A DNA stretch of 46,014 nucleotides, from assembly GCA_035694865.1 (NCBI GenBank), contig DASSFC010000042.1:1-46014 (forward strand). Reading direction: 5' to 3'. This document shows positions 16,895 to 25,252 of the stretch, piece after piece. A program made the position numbers and the translations under genes. The notes below the pieces were generated by a model, which worked only from the letters and a program-made list of their open reading frames with translations, made no database searches and was not told the DNA's origin. The DNA comes from Candidatus Saccharimonadales bacterium. Lineage in GTDB: Bacteria; Patescibacteriota; Saccharimonadia; Saccharimonadales; UBA10212. Every line of letters begins with the position of its first letter. The first letter of the stretch is position 1.

Positions 16895-19579
16895 TTAAAA
16901 TACTGGTGGTAAGCTGAACAGGCCTTCGGGTGTAGGTGATTGCGGGCTAAAGGCCGGTGCGCCCAAGACCATTGATGGCACAAAGTTGAATATTTCGGCT
17001 GGTGCGTTGCCAATCCCATTTATATCTGTTCCGAGGGACTGGCTGCTGCCGTGGGCCCTCAATAACTCGACATGTTGGGCGATAACCGCACCATTCACTA
17101 TCAGCTGGTGCGGGCATTGGCTGTCACAAGTATTAAAGATACCACCGCTGGCTGTACTGCCAACGACAGTCGGCTGGGCAATATAAAGGCCATCCAGCTC
17201 TGTAACGCCATCTGTCAGCGTAATATTGCCTTTTACAATCAGGCTAAAGTACGGAATATCGGCTCTGATGTTTGGATCGTATGGCTGTTGGTAGACGATA
17301 TTAGTAGATATATTGATGTCGCTAGGTACGTACACCGTAATTTGGACTCCGTGTGGTATAGATACCTGAGAGCCAGAAATATCAGTGCCGTTCCAAATAT
17401 ACTGGCAGCGCCGTTCATTATTACCGTTTGGCAGACAGTTTTGGACTGCCGAATTCAGATCATTTGTCTTAGCTGTATTGGCCGGGGTATTAATCATCGT
17501 TTTGCTGTAAAAATCAGTCGCGCAATGGTTTGCGCTGGGACCCGTCGAATTAAAGTAGCCGCTTATGCCTCCTCCTATAGTCACGCCGCTATTGGCAAAG
17601 AGCGTGTTGTGGGGCGAAATAAAGCTTTCGCCGCTTGGGTTGGGTATCAGGCCTAATGCCACGGCGCCGAAATCTGTCTTAGAGTGGTATGCATTGTTGT
17701 TCGCTCGAATCCCGCCGTAATATTTGGCATTCGCTTGACCGGCGGCGTTGGCCGTATAAGGGTTTTGGTAGGCCGAGTACGCGCCCGGGCAGCTATCACC
17801 AATCTTAAAGGCGCCGCCGCCTGCCGCGTCATTCTGCCAAACCTGGAAATACGGTGCAACCACTGGAGATGAGGTTCCTGAACATGTTGTAGCAGGACTG
17901 CCGCCTGGGTCAGTTATGGTTACGTTGTAAGTACCGGTATAGTCTAAGTGCCCGCTAAAGTAGATTATTTTCGAGAAACTGCCAGGATTATTAGGTATGG
18001 TCACTGTTTGGGGGTTGGGGTTAGGTCCAGTTACATACGCACCCGGGCTGGCCGACATTTGGGCGCTGAAGTTGCCTCCGATTCCGGTGCCGTTAGCTTT
18101 GACATTGACGGTGTACAAATTATTTACGGTTTGACCTGGCGCTACGCCAGCCTGCGCTCCAACTGTACATGTGACAGTAACTATTGGCGCCACATTATAG
18201 GTAACTTTGCAAGTAATACCCGTACCGAAAGGCGATTTCAGTGGCGGATCACGACTGTAAATTTCATATGTATAGATAGCTTGAGTTGTTCCCGGTGGTG
18301 GATGTACGGTATCGGTATAAGGGTTACTGCCGGTCAGTGAGACATAATTAGGCTCACTTACTCCACCGGTAGCGTTAATATCATTTGAGCCAATTCTTTT
18401 TATATAGTATCCGCCGACCGTATCGTCAGGTACCCAGTTAACTGGTTCTTTGATCCCTATCCCTCTTATTGTGACATTAAAATTCTGATTCACCGGTATA
18501 GTTGCTTGATCTTGAGGTACAAAATTATCGCACTTTACATCACAGTAATTTTGCTCAGTTGCTTTAGCGTCAAATTGATCAAATGGCAACCTTATTTGAA
18601 TCGTATTAGGATAATTGGAGCCTATAATTTTTAACTTGTACACATAATTATCTTTATAATTGCCGTAGTTTAGTGTACCTGTCGTACCGGAAGCACCCCA
18701 TGTTCCGCCTTGTACAGTTTGGGCGTTCCATGATGCAACTTGCGACCAATTTAATGGATAGCCTGGTGATGCGTCCATGGTCGCGTGCATATTCTGCTGA
18801 TAGATTCCATTATCTGCGTCATAAATCTTGATGGGTGGCAAGTTTGAAGTATCTTGAAAGCATGCCGGGGCGAACTCTACCTCAGCGCTCCAGTTATTCC
18901 CGCTTGGCTTATATATCGTACTGTACTGGTAGACTTGGTTTTTTAGTCCGACTGCCCATTCAGGACTAGCCAGTCCAACGTATGCGTTGCTATCTGTGGC
19001 TGCGACCCTAAAATACCGCTCATTGCTGCCCGGGATTGGAGTTATTTCTGCAGAAAATGCAAAGACGCGATAGGCCTGATGTCCAAGGACTGTAGAAGGT
19101 ATGCCCGCCCAGCTAGGAATGTTAAATTGCACAGGATTAGTACCGCAGCTTGGACCGCTTGACTTCGGGCCCAAAAATACAGCGTTACCAGGGTTTCCGC
19201 TTCCGGTTGCCGAATCATATTCCTGATCAGTTAAGCTTTCTACGAAGTAAGTTACCGTTGGAGAGCCAACGTCGGCTGAACAGACCTGGTTGACATTAAT
19301 GGTTGTTGCATCGCCTACAGGTAAATAGATTTTATACCACATGTATTGCCCATTAAATTTTCCGTCTCCTACACCGGTCAATGGCGTAAAATTATTTCCG
19401 CTGCCATCAGTCCCGGAATTAGCGAGAGGCGCCGAAGAGTCTATTGGTATATTTGTATCTGCCCGAGCTGTACCGGAGTGTACTAATAAAAATACGAGGG
19501 ATAAAAAACAAGCCAATATTATAGTTAGCGTTGTTTTTCGCGCTAACTTCAGTGGGTAAAATAAAGAGCTCGTTGCCAT
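16895..19579 (-). CDS. 894-aa secreted protein of unknown family, directly upstream of pilM (candidate pilus-associated adhesin)
   Basis: Start trimmed to the ATG at 19579 (MATSSLFYPLKLARKTTLTIILACFLSLVFLLVHSGTARA/DT, signal-peptide-like). The track start at 19693 would overlap the upstream gene. Composition is Gly/Asn/Thr/Pro-rich and looks beta-rich. I recognise no catalytic motif. Confidence 0.75.
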   Translation of the reverse strand: MATSSLFYPLKLARKTTLTIILACFLSLVFLLVHSGTARADTNIPIDSSAPLANSGTDGSGNNFTPLTGVGDGKFNGQYMWYKIYLPVGDATTINVNQVCSADVGSPTVTYFVESLTDQEYDSATGSGNPGNAVFLGPKSSGPSCGTNPVQFNIPSWAGIPSTVLGHQAYRVFAFSAEITPIPGSNERYFRVAATDSNAYVGLASPEWAVGLKNQVYQYSTIYKPSGNNWSAEVEFAPACFQDTSNLPPIKIYDADNGIYQQNMHATMDASPGYPLNWSQVASWNAQTVQGGTWGASGTTGTLNYGNYKDNYVYKLKIIGSNYPNTIQIRLPFDQFDAKATEQNYCDVKCDNFVPQDQATIPVNQNFNVTIRGIGIKEPVNWVPDDTVGGYYIKRIGSNDINATGGVSEPNYVSLTGSNPYTDTVHPPPGTTQAIYTYEIYSRDPPLKSPFGTGITCKVTYNVAPIVTVTCTVGAQAGVAPGQTVNNLYTVNVKANGTGIGGNFSAQMSASPGAYVTGPNPNPQTVTIPNNPGSFSKIIYFSGHLDYTGTYNVTITDPGGSPATTCSGTSSPVVAPYFQVWQNDAAGGGAFKIGDSCPGAYSAYQNPYTANAAGQANAKYYGGIRANNNAYHSKTDFGAVALGLIPNPSGESFISPHNTLFANSGVTIGGGISGYFNSTGPSANHCATDFYSKTMINTPANTAKTNDLNSAVQNCLPNGNNERRCQYIWNGTDISGSQVSIPHGVQITVYVPSDINISTNIVYQQPYDPNIRADIPYFSLIVKGNITLTDGVTELDGLYIAQPTVVGSTASGGIFNTCDSQCPHQLIVNGAVIAQHVELLRAHGSSQSLGTDINGIGNAPAEIFNFVPSMVLGAPAFSPQSPTPEGLFSLPPVF

Positions 19580-19583
19580 ATGG

Positions 19584-20054
19584 TTAGTTAGTGTTGGCAT
19601 CTTTTTCAAAAAGTGCAGCTGTCTTTGCGTCGCCTTCTTGCTGGAACTTTTTAGCAGCCAAAAGTGCATATTTTTTACGATTCTGTGTATCACCTTTTTG
19701 CTTATATAAGTACCAGTAGCTTTGATATGTGGCTGAGGTAATCTTATCTGATGGGACCTTAGCGACTATTTCGTTAAGTACCCTTTCCGCGTTGGCATAT
19801 TCTTTAACCACAATGTATTCATTGGCTACGGTAGTTTGAGTAGTCTGATACGATTCGTAATCTTTAGTATTTAAAAAATTTTGGGCTGTTTGAGAAGTAC
19901 GTTGTTCTAATGGTGTCTCACGATTGCTGGTCTTATGGTGCTGCTGATATAGGACAACTCCAATTACGATCAATACAATCAAAGCACCGCTAACTAAGAG
20001 CTTTCGCCTTGTCAGCCTCAAGGCTCCACCGCTTGGATTGTTTATATTTGGCAT
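19584..20054 (-). CDS. 156-aa membrane-anchored protein with a TPR-like helical C-terminus
   Basis: Start trimmed to the ATG at 20054 (MPNINNPSGG...). TM helix LLVSGALIVLIVIGVVLY. The C-terminus has helical-repeat character (YQSYWYLYKQKGD, KKYALLAAKKFQQEGDAKTAA). The track extension would cross a terminator. Confidence 0.6.
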   Translation of the reverse strand: MPNINNPSGGALRLTRRKLLVSGALIVLIVIGVVLYQQHHKTSNRETPLEQRTSQTAQNFLNTKDYESYQTTQTTVANEYIVVKEYANAERVLNEIVAKVPSDKITSATYQSYWYLYKQKGDTQNRKKYALLAAKKFQQEGDAKTAALFEKDANTN

Positions 20055-20096
20055 TCCAATATCTTCACCGGTTAAGGTATCGCGAGTTACATAAGC

Positions 20097-20125
20097 ATAA
20101 TAGAATAGCCTGTTTACAATTGCAA
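20097..20125 (-). promoter_or_regulatory. sigma70-like promoter TTGCAA-17-TATTAT for 19584-20054
   Basis: Minus strand: TTGCAA at 20125-20120 and TATTAT at 20102-20097, just downstream of the island terminator. Confidence 0.4.
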
Positions 20126-20144
20126 AAAGATAATAAAGGGTTGT

Positions 20145-20171
20145 GGTCTGCCCGCCAAAGGCGGGCAGACC
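20145..20171 (-). terminator. intrinsic terminator of the GC-rich 177-aa gene
   Basis: Perfect 12-bp stem GGTCTGCCCGCC-AAA-GGCGGGCAGACC, 9 nt after the stop at 20180. Followed on the minus strand by CCCTTTATTATCTTTTT. Confidence 0.65.
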
Positions 20172-20179
20172 AAGTACTT

Positions 20180-20713
20180 TCAACCATGGCACTGGAAGTC
20201 CGGCTGACTGGCCGCGATGATGCACATCGTGGACCGCATGGTTTCCCAGTACGGGACTCCCTTTTTCTCCCCCTTCAGCCGCTTGTAGAAGCTTGTGAGG
20301 TTATCGATCCTGTAGTTTCCAGATTCCTGCACCATTGGCGCCTGGACCTGAAAGGTTCGCTTGATAGTTCGTCCCCGCTTTAGTACCCGGAAATTGTGCT
20401 TGTAGATGCAGTTGACGCCGTCGTAGCTGACCCCACTAAAGCAGACCTGGGTGTAGCGCAGTGTCTTCTTTGCCTTGAACACATACGTCAGGGAAGTTGC
20501 TTCACCGGCGTTTACCTGCCAAGGGTCCACGGTCACGGTTGTGCATGCCCAGGACCTCGGGTCGTATTTGCTGACGCGGGCATGGCACATGAAACTTGTG
20601 TACACCTTCTGGGTAGAGGAGGTGCGCGTAGCACTCCCCGCCCCGGCTGGAATGGCCAGCGAGCCGGCCACTGCCAGCACCCCCACGGTCGCGAGGATGC
20701 TTTTGCGATTCAT
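20180..20713 (-). CDS. 177-aa secreted Cys-containing protein, unknown family, in a GC-rich island
   Basis: Signal peptide MNRKSILATVGVLAVAGSLAIPAGAGSA. SD GGGGGTG lies upstream of the ATG. Codons are GC3-rich (AAG, CTG, GTG, ACC), unlike the neighbouring genes. Confidence 0.7.
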   Translation of the reverse strand: MNRKSILATVGVLAVAGSLAIPAGAGSATRTSSTQKVYTSFMCHARVSKYDPRSWACTTVTVDPWQVNAGEATSLTYVFKAKKTLRYTQVCFSGVSYDGVNCIYKHNFRVLKRGRTIKRTFQVQAPMVQESGNYRIDNLTSFYKRLKGEKKGVPYWETMRSTMCIIAASQPDFQCHG

Positions 20714-20777
20714 GGTTCACCCCCTGGTGAAAGTAATAAATGTGCGCCCCTGGACAGGACGCCCAAAGGTACTCTTA

Positions 20778-20806
20778 GTCATACCATTAACAGGGGTGAA
20801 GGTCAA
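20778..20806 (-). promoter_or_regulatory. promoter TTGACC-17-TATGAC (with TGG extended -10) for 20180-20713
   Basis: Minus strand: TTGACC at 20806-20801 and TATGAC at 20783-20778. Confidence 0.4.
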
Positions 20807-20841
20807 TTGATTATGCTTACAAATGTGTTGCAGCTAGTCTC

Positions 20842-20870
20842 TTGGCTTAGATAGATATTCCTTATATAAT
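20842..20870 (+). promoter_or_regulatory. promoter TTGGCT-17-TATAAT for the SGNH hydrolase gene, followed by the palindrome TTTGAC-GAGAA-GTCAAA
   Basis: TTGGCT at 20842-20847 and TATAAT at 20865-20870. An inverted repeat at 20870-20886 overlaps the expected TSS. Confidence 0.4.
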
Positions 20871-20895
20871 TTGACGAGAAGTCAAATTAAAGTTA

Positions 20896-23526
20896 ATGCT
20901 TAACCAAAAGAGGCTCTTTACTCTGCTGGGTGGTGCGCTGATAGCGTTGTTGCTGGCTGTCTTCTGGACGATAAAAATCAGCAATGCCGATTGGGGTTCA
21001 ACTTGGCCCTCCGGCACAAACCTGAATCTCCAAAAGCAAGCTGATTTATCATCCGTTCCCCGCTCAATTAATGGCAACGTAGACTGTTTCCCAGAGCCGC
21101 AAGATGTCTGCGCCGTCTCTACCGGCTATGGCACTGCCAACACGACTGGCGCCGTCAGCCTGGGCGGCCCAGACGAATACCATCCAGTTATCAGTAATGT
21201 CGATAGCCGGCAGCATTTTATTCCAGTCCCAAACTCCAGTGAATTTATAACCTACACCACTGACCCCGCTATCGGCTCATACCTTTACTTTAACTACAGC
21301 TTTTTAGGTTCGGTGAAGCCGGTCGACCAGGGCTTAGGGCCGTTTTTTAAAGTCGTTAGTTCTCCGGATGGAGTCTTGGCCGACAAAAATGGCCAAAAGC
21401 TGGCGGCCGATTATAGCTCCATGAGCTTTTCAGAAAATGGTGAGTGGCTGGTAGTTTCTGAACCGAACGTGGCAATGCTTAGAGTTAACTTACAAACTTT
21501 TGATGTGCTGCCCTTTGCCCCAAGCGCGAATTATTTAATAGGCCTGAGCCCTGCTTTTAAAACGGCGGTAACCAACGACGGCCGCTTCGCGGCCGTCGCA
21601 TCCAAAAACAACAGTTACTTCAGGCTCTACGACTTAGCTACCTGCACCCAGGTTCCAGAATCAATCGCCGGGCCGGTTAATTGCCAATACCGTGATTTAC
21701 AAAACTTCACACAACAGACCATAAACGGTTTTGATGGAGTAACTAACCTCCGGTTTATTGATGATAGTGCACTTAGTTTTTATGCGGCCTACACCCAATC
21801 TACAGAACATAAAATCGCCAAGTACGTCCTAAGCAGTGGTAACGGCACAATAAACCAGCAGGACTATTTAGCACTGGGCGATTCATATATTTCGGGCGAG
21901 GGCGCCTTTCATTACCTGCCTGGCACAGACACGACCGATAATCAGTGCCATGTTTCAGGTATATCTTATCCTCTGCTGAGCGGGCAGCAGCTTAACTACA
22001 ATTCATTTCATTCGGTTGCCTGCTCCGGCGCCCAGACCAAAGACTTAGTCGATGCCTCTAAAACTTATACCGGGCAGGCCAGGCCGTTCGCCAGGAGGGA
22101 TACTTTAGATAACCAAAATCAAACGGCTGGTATATTGTCCAACTTCCAGCCCGGATACATCGACCAGCTAGATTTTATTAAACGCTACCAGCCAAAAGTC
22201 GTCACAGTTTCGATAGGCGGCAATGATATCGGCTTCAGCGACCGGCTGCGCCAGTGCCTTGGCCTGCAAACTTGCTATAAAACATATGAGGACCGCCTCG
22301 AATTCGTCCGCGAAGTAAACAGAGCCTTCCCCAAACTGGTAAATGCTTACTCCAAGATTAAAAGCCAGGGCGCGGGCAATGCCAGAGTTTATATAATCGG
22401 ATACCCGCAGATTGCTTACATCGATGGCGACTGTGCAGTAAATGTTCATATGAATCACGACGAGCTGGTCTTCGCTCAACAAGCTATCGACTATCTAGAT
22501 TCTGTAGTCAAAGCCGCCTCCAACCGGGCTGGCGTGTTCTATGTCGATACCCAGGACGCCTTTTACGGACACCGTTTGTGTGAAGCAAGTGAAGGCTCAG
22601 TCGCCGTTAACGGCTTAACCGCCGGTAATGATTTTCCGGATAAATTCGGCGGCCCAGTTGGACGTGAAAGCTATCATCCAAATGATTTCGGTCATCTGCT
22701 ACTCGAAAATAAGATTTTACAAATAACACACAACCTGACCGACCCAATGGCAGAGCCCGACCTTCTTTCAGGCCCGCCATCCGAAACGGGCTTATCAATC
22801 CTATCCGCGCCGCAATCTGGACGAGATGTTAAACAAACCCAATATGACTCCGGCCTGGTGCCGGACTTAGTCTATAAAAATGTCCCCGTGGATTTAAATT
22901 TACATACTTCAGACCATGGCATAGAACCACTCGCCAACATAAGCGGAGAAGTTCATTCCAAGCCAACCGTGCTGGGCTACTTTATTGCTGGCGATGGAAG
23001 CCTCAAGACGACGATAACAATTCCTTCGGAAGTTCCCAGTGGGTTTCATACTTTGCATCTGTTAGGCATAAACCTTATGGGTCAATCAGTAGACATCTTT
23101 AAAGTCATCTATGTGGCAGAAAGCCGTGATGATTTAGAGGGTAATGGCACTGTAGACAGCAGTCAGCAATGTGTACTGGTTGAGCCAGTCGGCCAAGATT
23201 TTGACCAAGATGGCATAGACGATGCCTGTGACGGGCAGATTTCTTTGCCGCCGACTGGCCCAGGCCAGTCGGCGGCCCTAGCCGGTCAGGTCTCATCCTT
23301 AACGCCTGGCCTGGCCGTCCTCACCACAACCCAATCTCCGCCCGAACCACAAAGCCAAATTACTTTTACAGCCCGCTCACAGGCCGTTCCGCTAAAGGTC
23401 TTAGCAGCAAGTACTACCAAACCCTTAAGACGCCCTCTAGATCAAAACCTCAGGCTTTCGCCAAAACCGTTTATCTACGGCTTTGGAATTTTACTGGTAA
23501 TAAGTTTCGCGCTCAGCATGGTTTAG
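20896..23526 (+). CDS. 876-aa surface protein with a central SGNH/GDSL hydrolase domain
   Basis: Signal peptide or anchor LFTLLGGALIALLLAVFW. SGNH blocks are LALGDSYISGEG (I), VACSGAQT (II), VSIGGNDIGF (III) and YHPNDFGH (V). There is a calcium-binding TSP3-like DFDQDGIDDACD and a C-terminal TM helix FIYGFGILLVISFALSMV. Confidence 0.85.
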   Translation: MLNQKRLFTLLGGALIALLLAVFWTIKISNADWGSTWPSGTNLNLQKQADLSSVPRSINGNVDCFPEPQDVCAVSTGYGTANTTGAVSLGGPDEYHPVISNVDSRQHFIPVPNSSEFITYTTDPAIGSYLYFNYSFLGSVKPVDQGLGPFFKVVSSPDGVLADKNGQKLAADYSSMSFSENGEWLVVSEPNVAMLRVNLQTFDVLPFAPSANYLIGLSPAFKTAVTNDGRFAAVASKNNSYFRLYDLATCTQVPESIAGPVNCQYRDLQNFTQQTINGFDGVTNLRFIDDSALSFYAAYTQSTEHKIAKYVLSSGNGTINQQDYLALGDSYISGEGAFHYLPGTDTTDNQCHVSGISYPLLSGQQLNYNSFHSVACSGAQTKDLVDASKTYTGQARPFARRDTLDNQNQTAGILSNFQPGYIDQLDFIKRYQPKVVTVSIGGNDIGFSDRLRQCLGLQTCYKTYEDRLEFVREVNRAFPKLVNAYSKIKSQGAGNARVYIIGYPQIAYIDGDCAVNVHMNHDELVFAQQAIDYLDSVVKAASNRAGVFYVDTQDAFYGHRLCEASEGSVAVNGLTAGNDFPDKFGGPVGRESYHPNDFGHLLLENKILQITHNLTDPMAEPDLLSGPPSETGLSILSAPQSGRDVKQTQYDSGLVPDLVYKNVPVDLNLHTSDHGIEPLANISGEVHSKPTVLGYFIAGDGSLKTTITIPSEVPSGFHTLHLLGINLMGQSVDIFKVIYVAESRDDLEGNGTVDSSQQCVLVEPVGQDFDQDGIDDACDGQISLPPTGPGQSAALAGQVSSLTPGLAVLTTTQSPPEPQSQITFTARSQAVPLKVLAASTTKPLRRPLDQNLRLSPKPFIYGFGILLVISFALSMV

Positions 23527-24245
23527 CTATGCTTAATCGCCATTCGCTCTATGTAGACTATTCCTACTAAAGCCTCGGCCGGCGAGCCATTAGGATAATT
23601 TACGCTAACTACTCCTTCGGAAATCGGTATTTCGTTTGGCATAGTAGCTAGCTGATGGCCTAAATCAACTTCATCGAAATCATCCGGCTCTTCCACAAAT
23701 TCGGGCATAGCCGTTTCATGGAAACGGATATCCTCAGCAGCAGGCACCCAGTCGTCTAAAGATTCGACGTCACCTCCCTCTGTCGACTCCCAGCGGTGGG
23801 CTAATCTTCCGGACACGGAAATCTGTCCTAGTTCTATCGCAGCGTCAGGTTCTTTCAAATTAGGACTGTGCTCCTGGCCGCGATGACTATAGGCTTCGAT
23901 AAGCTGATTCTTATCAAACAAGCCGATTGCTGGCACGCCCTTGTGTAAATAACGCTCGGCATAGACGCCGGGGTTGTTGCGGTGAACAATATCAGTAAAA
24001 GTATTCTCCCAACCGGCTAAGTTCATACCGTATATCCCTTTGACGGGCGCCATTTTCCTGTTCTTTTTGAACGGCGTGCCGTCCATGCCGCTAAAAACTA
24101 GGGCTTTAGGGTCTAAATTATTTTCAATTAGCAGGCCCAGGAACTGATTTAAAAACTCTTCGTCTTCAACAGCTATATCTTCTTCGACTTTGAAGTGGAG
24201 GCGTTCGATTTTTTTTGGTTTTTGTTTTTCGTGCCTTGCTGGCAT
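23523..24245 (-). CDS. 240-aa acidic hypothetical protein
   Basis: Long ORF with a consensus-like promoter: TTGACT at 24284-24279 and TGCTAATAT with its -10 at 24261-24256. Only 10 nt separate the -10 from the ATG, so it is probably leaderless. No family recognised. Confidence 0.65.
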   Translation of the reverse strand: MPARHEKQKPKKIERLHFKVEEDIAVEDEEFLNQFLGLLIENNLDPKALVFSGMDGTPFKKNRKMAPVKGIYGMNLAGWENTFTDIVHRNNPGVYAERYLHKGVPAIGLFDKNQLIEAYSHRGQEHSPNLKEPDAAIELGQISVSGRLAHRWESTEGGDVESLDDWVPAAEDIRFHETAMPEFVEEPDDFDEVDLGHQLATMPNEIPISEGVVSVNYPNGSPAEALVGIVYIERMAIKHS

Positions 24246-24306
24246 AACAGATACAATATTAGCATAAAAAGTCTAAAAAGTCAACACCTGGGTGGGAATA
24301 CATATT

Positions 24307-24333
24307 AAAAAGCGCCCTGCTCTTACAAGGCGC
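24307..24333 (-). terminator. intrinsic terminator of the four-gene GC-rich operon
   Basis: The minus strand reads GCGCCT-TGTAAGAGCA-GGGCGC followed by TTTTTAATATG. Confidence 0.6.
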
Positions 24334-24365
24334 GGTGCCTGGGCCTGCCATTGCCAGCCCAGGTC

Positions 24366-24602
24366 TTAATCTAGAGGAGGTTTCCAGGCCATCAGGATGT
24401 GCGCGAGAACTCGTCGCCAGCGGGGTGTCTTGCCCATGCCCAGCCCCTTCTTCATTCGCTCGTGTCCGCGGTGGAACATGTAGCGGGCCCAAAGGCTCCT
24501 GAACCGCCTGTAATACTTCACAGTGCTCGGCAGCACCCACGCAAGCAGTACCAGGGCGCTGAACTGAACTATCTCTAGCCATCTAGGCCCTAGGTGATGC
24601 AT
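24366..24602 (-). CDS. 78-aa small membrane protein (one TM helix plus an Arg/Lys-rich tail), gene 4 of the GC-rich operon
   Basis: Its ATG overlaps the stop of the upstream ORF (TGATG). TM helix LEIVQFSALVLLAWVLPSTV. Confidence 0.5.
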   Translation of the reverse strand: MHHLGPRWLEIVQFSALVLLAWVLPSTVKYYRRFRSLWARYMFHRGHERMKKGLGMGKTPRWRRVLAHILMAWKPPLD

Positions 24603-24853
24603 CAGCCGACCAGGGCGCGCCGAACTTCGTAGCCATGGCTGCGAAAGATGTCAAGCACACCGTCGGGCTCGGCGCCGGGGTCCAGGTCGATGATGTAGCT
24701 GACTTCGCCGAAATTGACCAGGACGATACCTTCGGGAAAATGGTCAAGTTCCCGGTTCAGCTTCTCGTTTTCCTCCGGCGGCTTGCCTTTACGCCAACTC
24801 ACGATATGGGTCGTGGAGTCGTCGTCTTGCAGGATGTCGATCTGTGTTTCCAT
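24602..24853 (-). CDS. 83-aa acidic small protein, gene 3 of the GC-rich operon
   Basis: SD GAAGGAG lies 5 nt upstream of the ATG at 24853. No family recognised. Confidence 0.6.
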   Translation of the reverse strand: METQIDILQDDDSTTHIVSWRKGKPPEENEKLNRELDHFPEGIVLVNFGEVSYIIDLDPGAEPDGVLDIFRSHGYEVRRALVG

Positions 24854-24868
24854 TCCCGCTCCTTCCGG

Positions 24869-25027
24869 TCAGCGCTTTTTGCGGCGCTTGGTTCGCTTGG
24901 GCTTCTTGGGAGCCAGGTGATCCTGAGGACCAGTCCCAGCTTGGCCGGGCTTTTTGGAAAACCCAGCCAGCTTGGCCTTCTCGTCCCGCACCATTTTCCG
25001 GGTGTCATTTTGCCAGTTTCTCGGCAT
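24869..25027 (-). CDS. 52-aa highly basic small protein, gene 2 of the GC-rich operon (not in the ORF track)
   Basis: My own translation is MPRNWQNDTRKMVRDEKAKLAGFSKKPGQAGTGPQDHLAPKKPKRTKRRKKR. SD AAGGAG lies 7 nt upstream of the ATG at 25027. It fills the gap between genes 1 and 3. Confidence 0.5.
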   Translation of the reverse strand: MPRNWQNDTRKMVRDEKAKLAGFSKKPGQAGTGPQDHLAPKKPKRTKRRKKR

Positions 25028-25042
25028 CCCGTTACTCCTTGG

Positions 25043-25252
25043 CTAGATGTGACGCGGCGATTCCACGGGGATGGCCTGGTGGTCCACTTTTCTGGCATCA
25101 AGCCAGCGAGGCTCGCCGAATTCGATGAAACTGCCATTGGCGCGCTTTACTGGCCTTACCTGTATGAGGCTGCCGTTCCGGGTGTAGGCCTTTACGACGA
25201 CCTCCCGTCTTTGGAAGTGGATGATGCTACCGGGGCTGAACTTGCGTTCCAT
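25043..25252 (-). CDS. 69-aa small protein, gene 1 of the GC-rich operon
   Basis: SD GAGGAG lies about 7 nt upstream of the ATG at 25252. The sequence looks beta-rich (SIIHFQRREVVVKAYTRNGSLIQVRPV). Confidence 0.55.
   Translation of the reverse strand: MERKFSPGSIIHFQRREVVVKAYTRNGSLIQVRPVKRANGSFIEFGEPRWLDARKVDHQAIPVESPRHI

Noticed and set aside
16895-19693. ORF-track N-terminal extension of the large protein (start 19693), and similar extensions for 19584-20225, 3616-4263, 2196-3437, 32032-33399, 26604-26855, 40695-41192 and 44965-45342
   Set aside because: The extensions overlap upstream genes, tRNAs or terminators. They precede internal ATGs that give canonical N-termini: a signal peptide, the NDK MQKTLIVLKPD, a prepilin leader, and SD-preceded starts. 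Shorter starts were used.
23523-23526. 4-nt convergent overlap of the SGNH hydrolase and 240-aa genes with no terminator between them; a similar overlap occurs at 28192-28195 and 45332-45342
   Set aside because: Short convergent overlaps are common in compact genomes, and no additional structure was seen. They are noted but not considered a feature.
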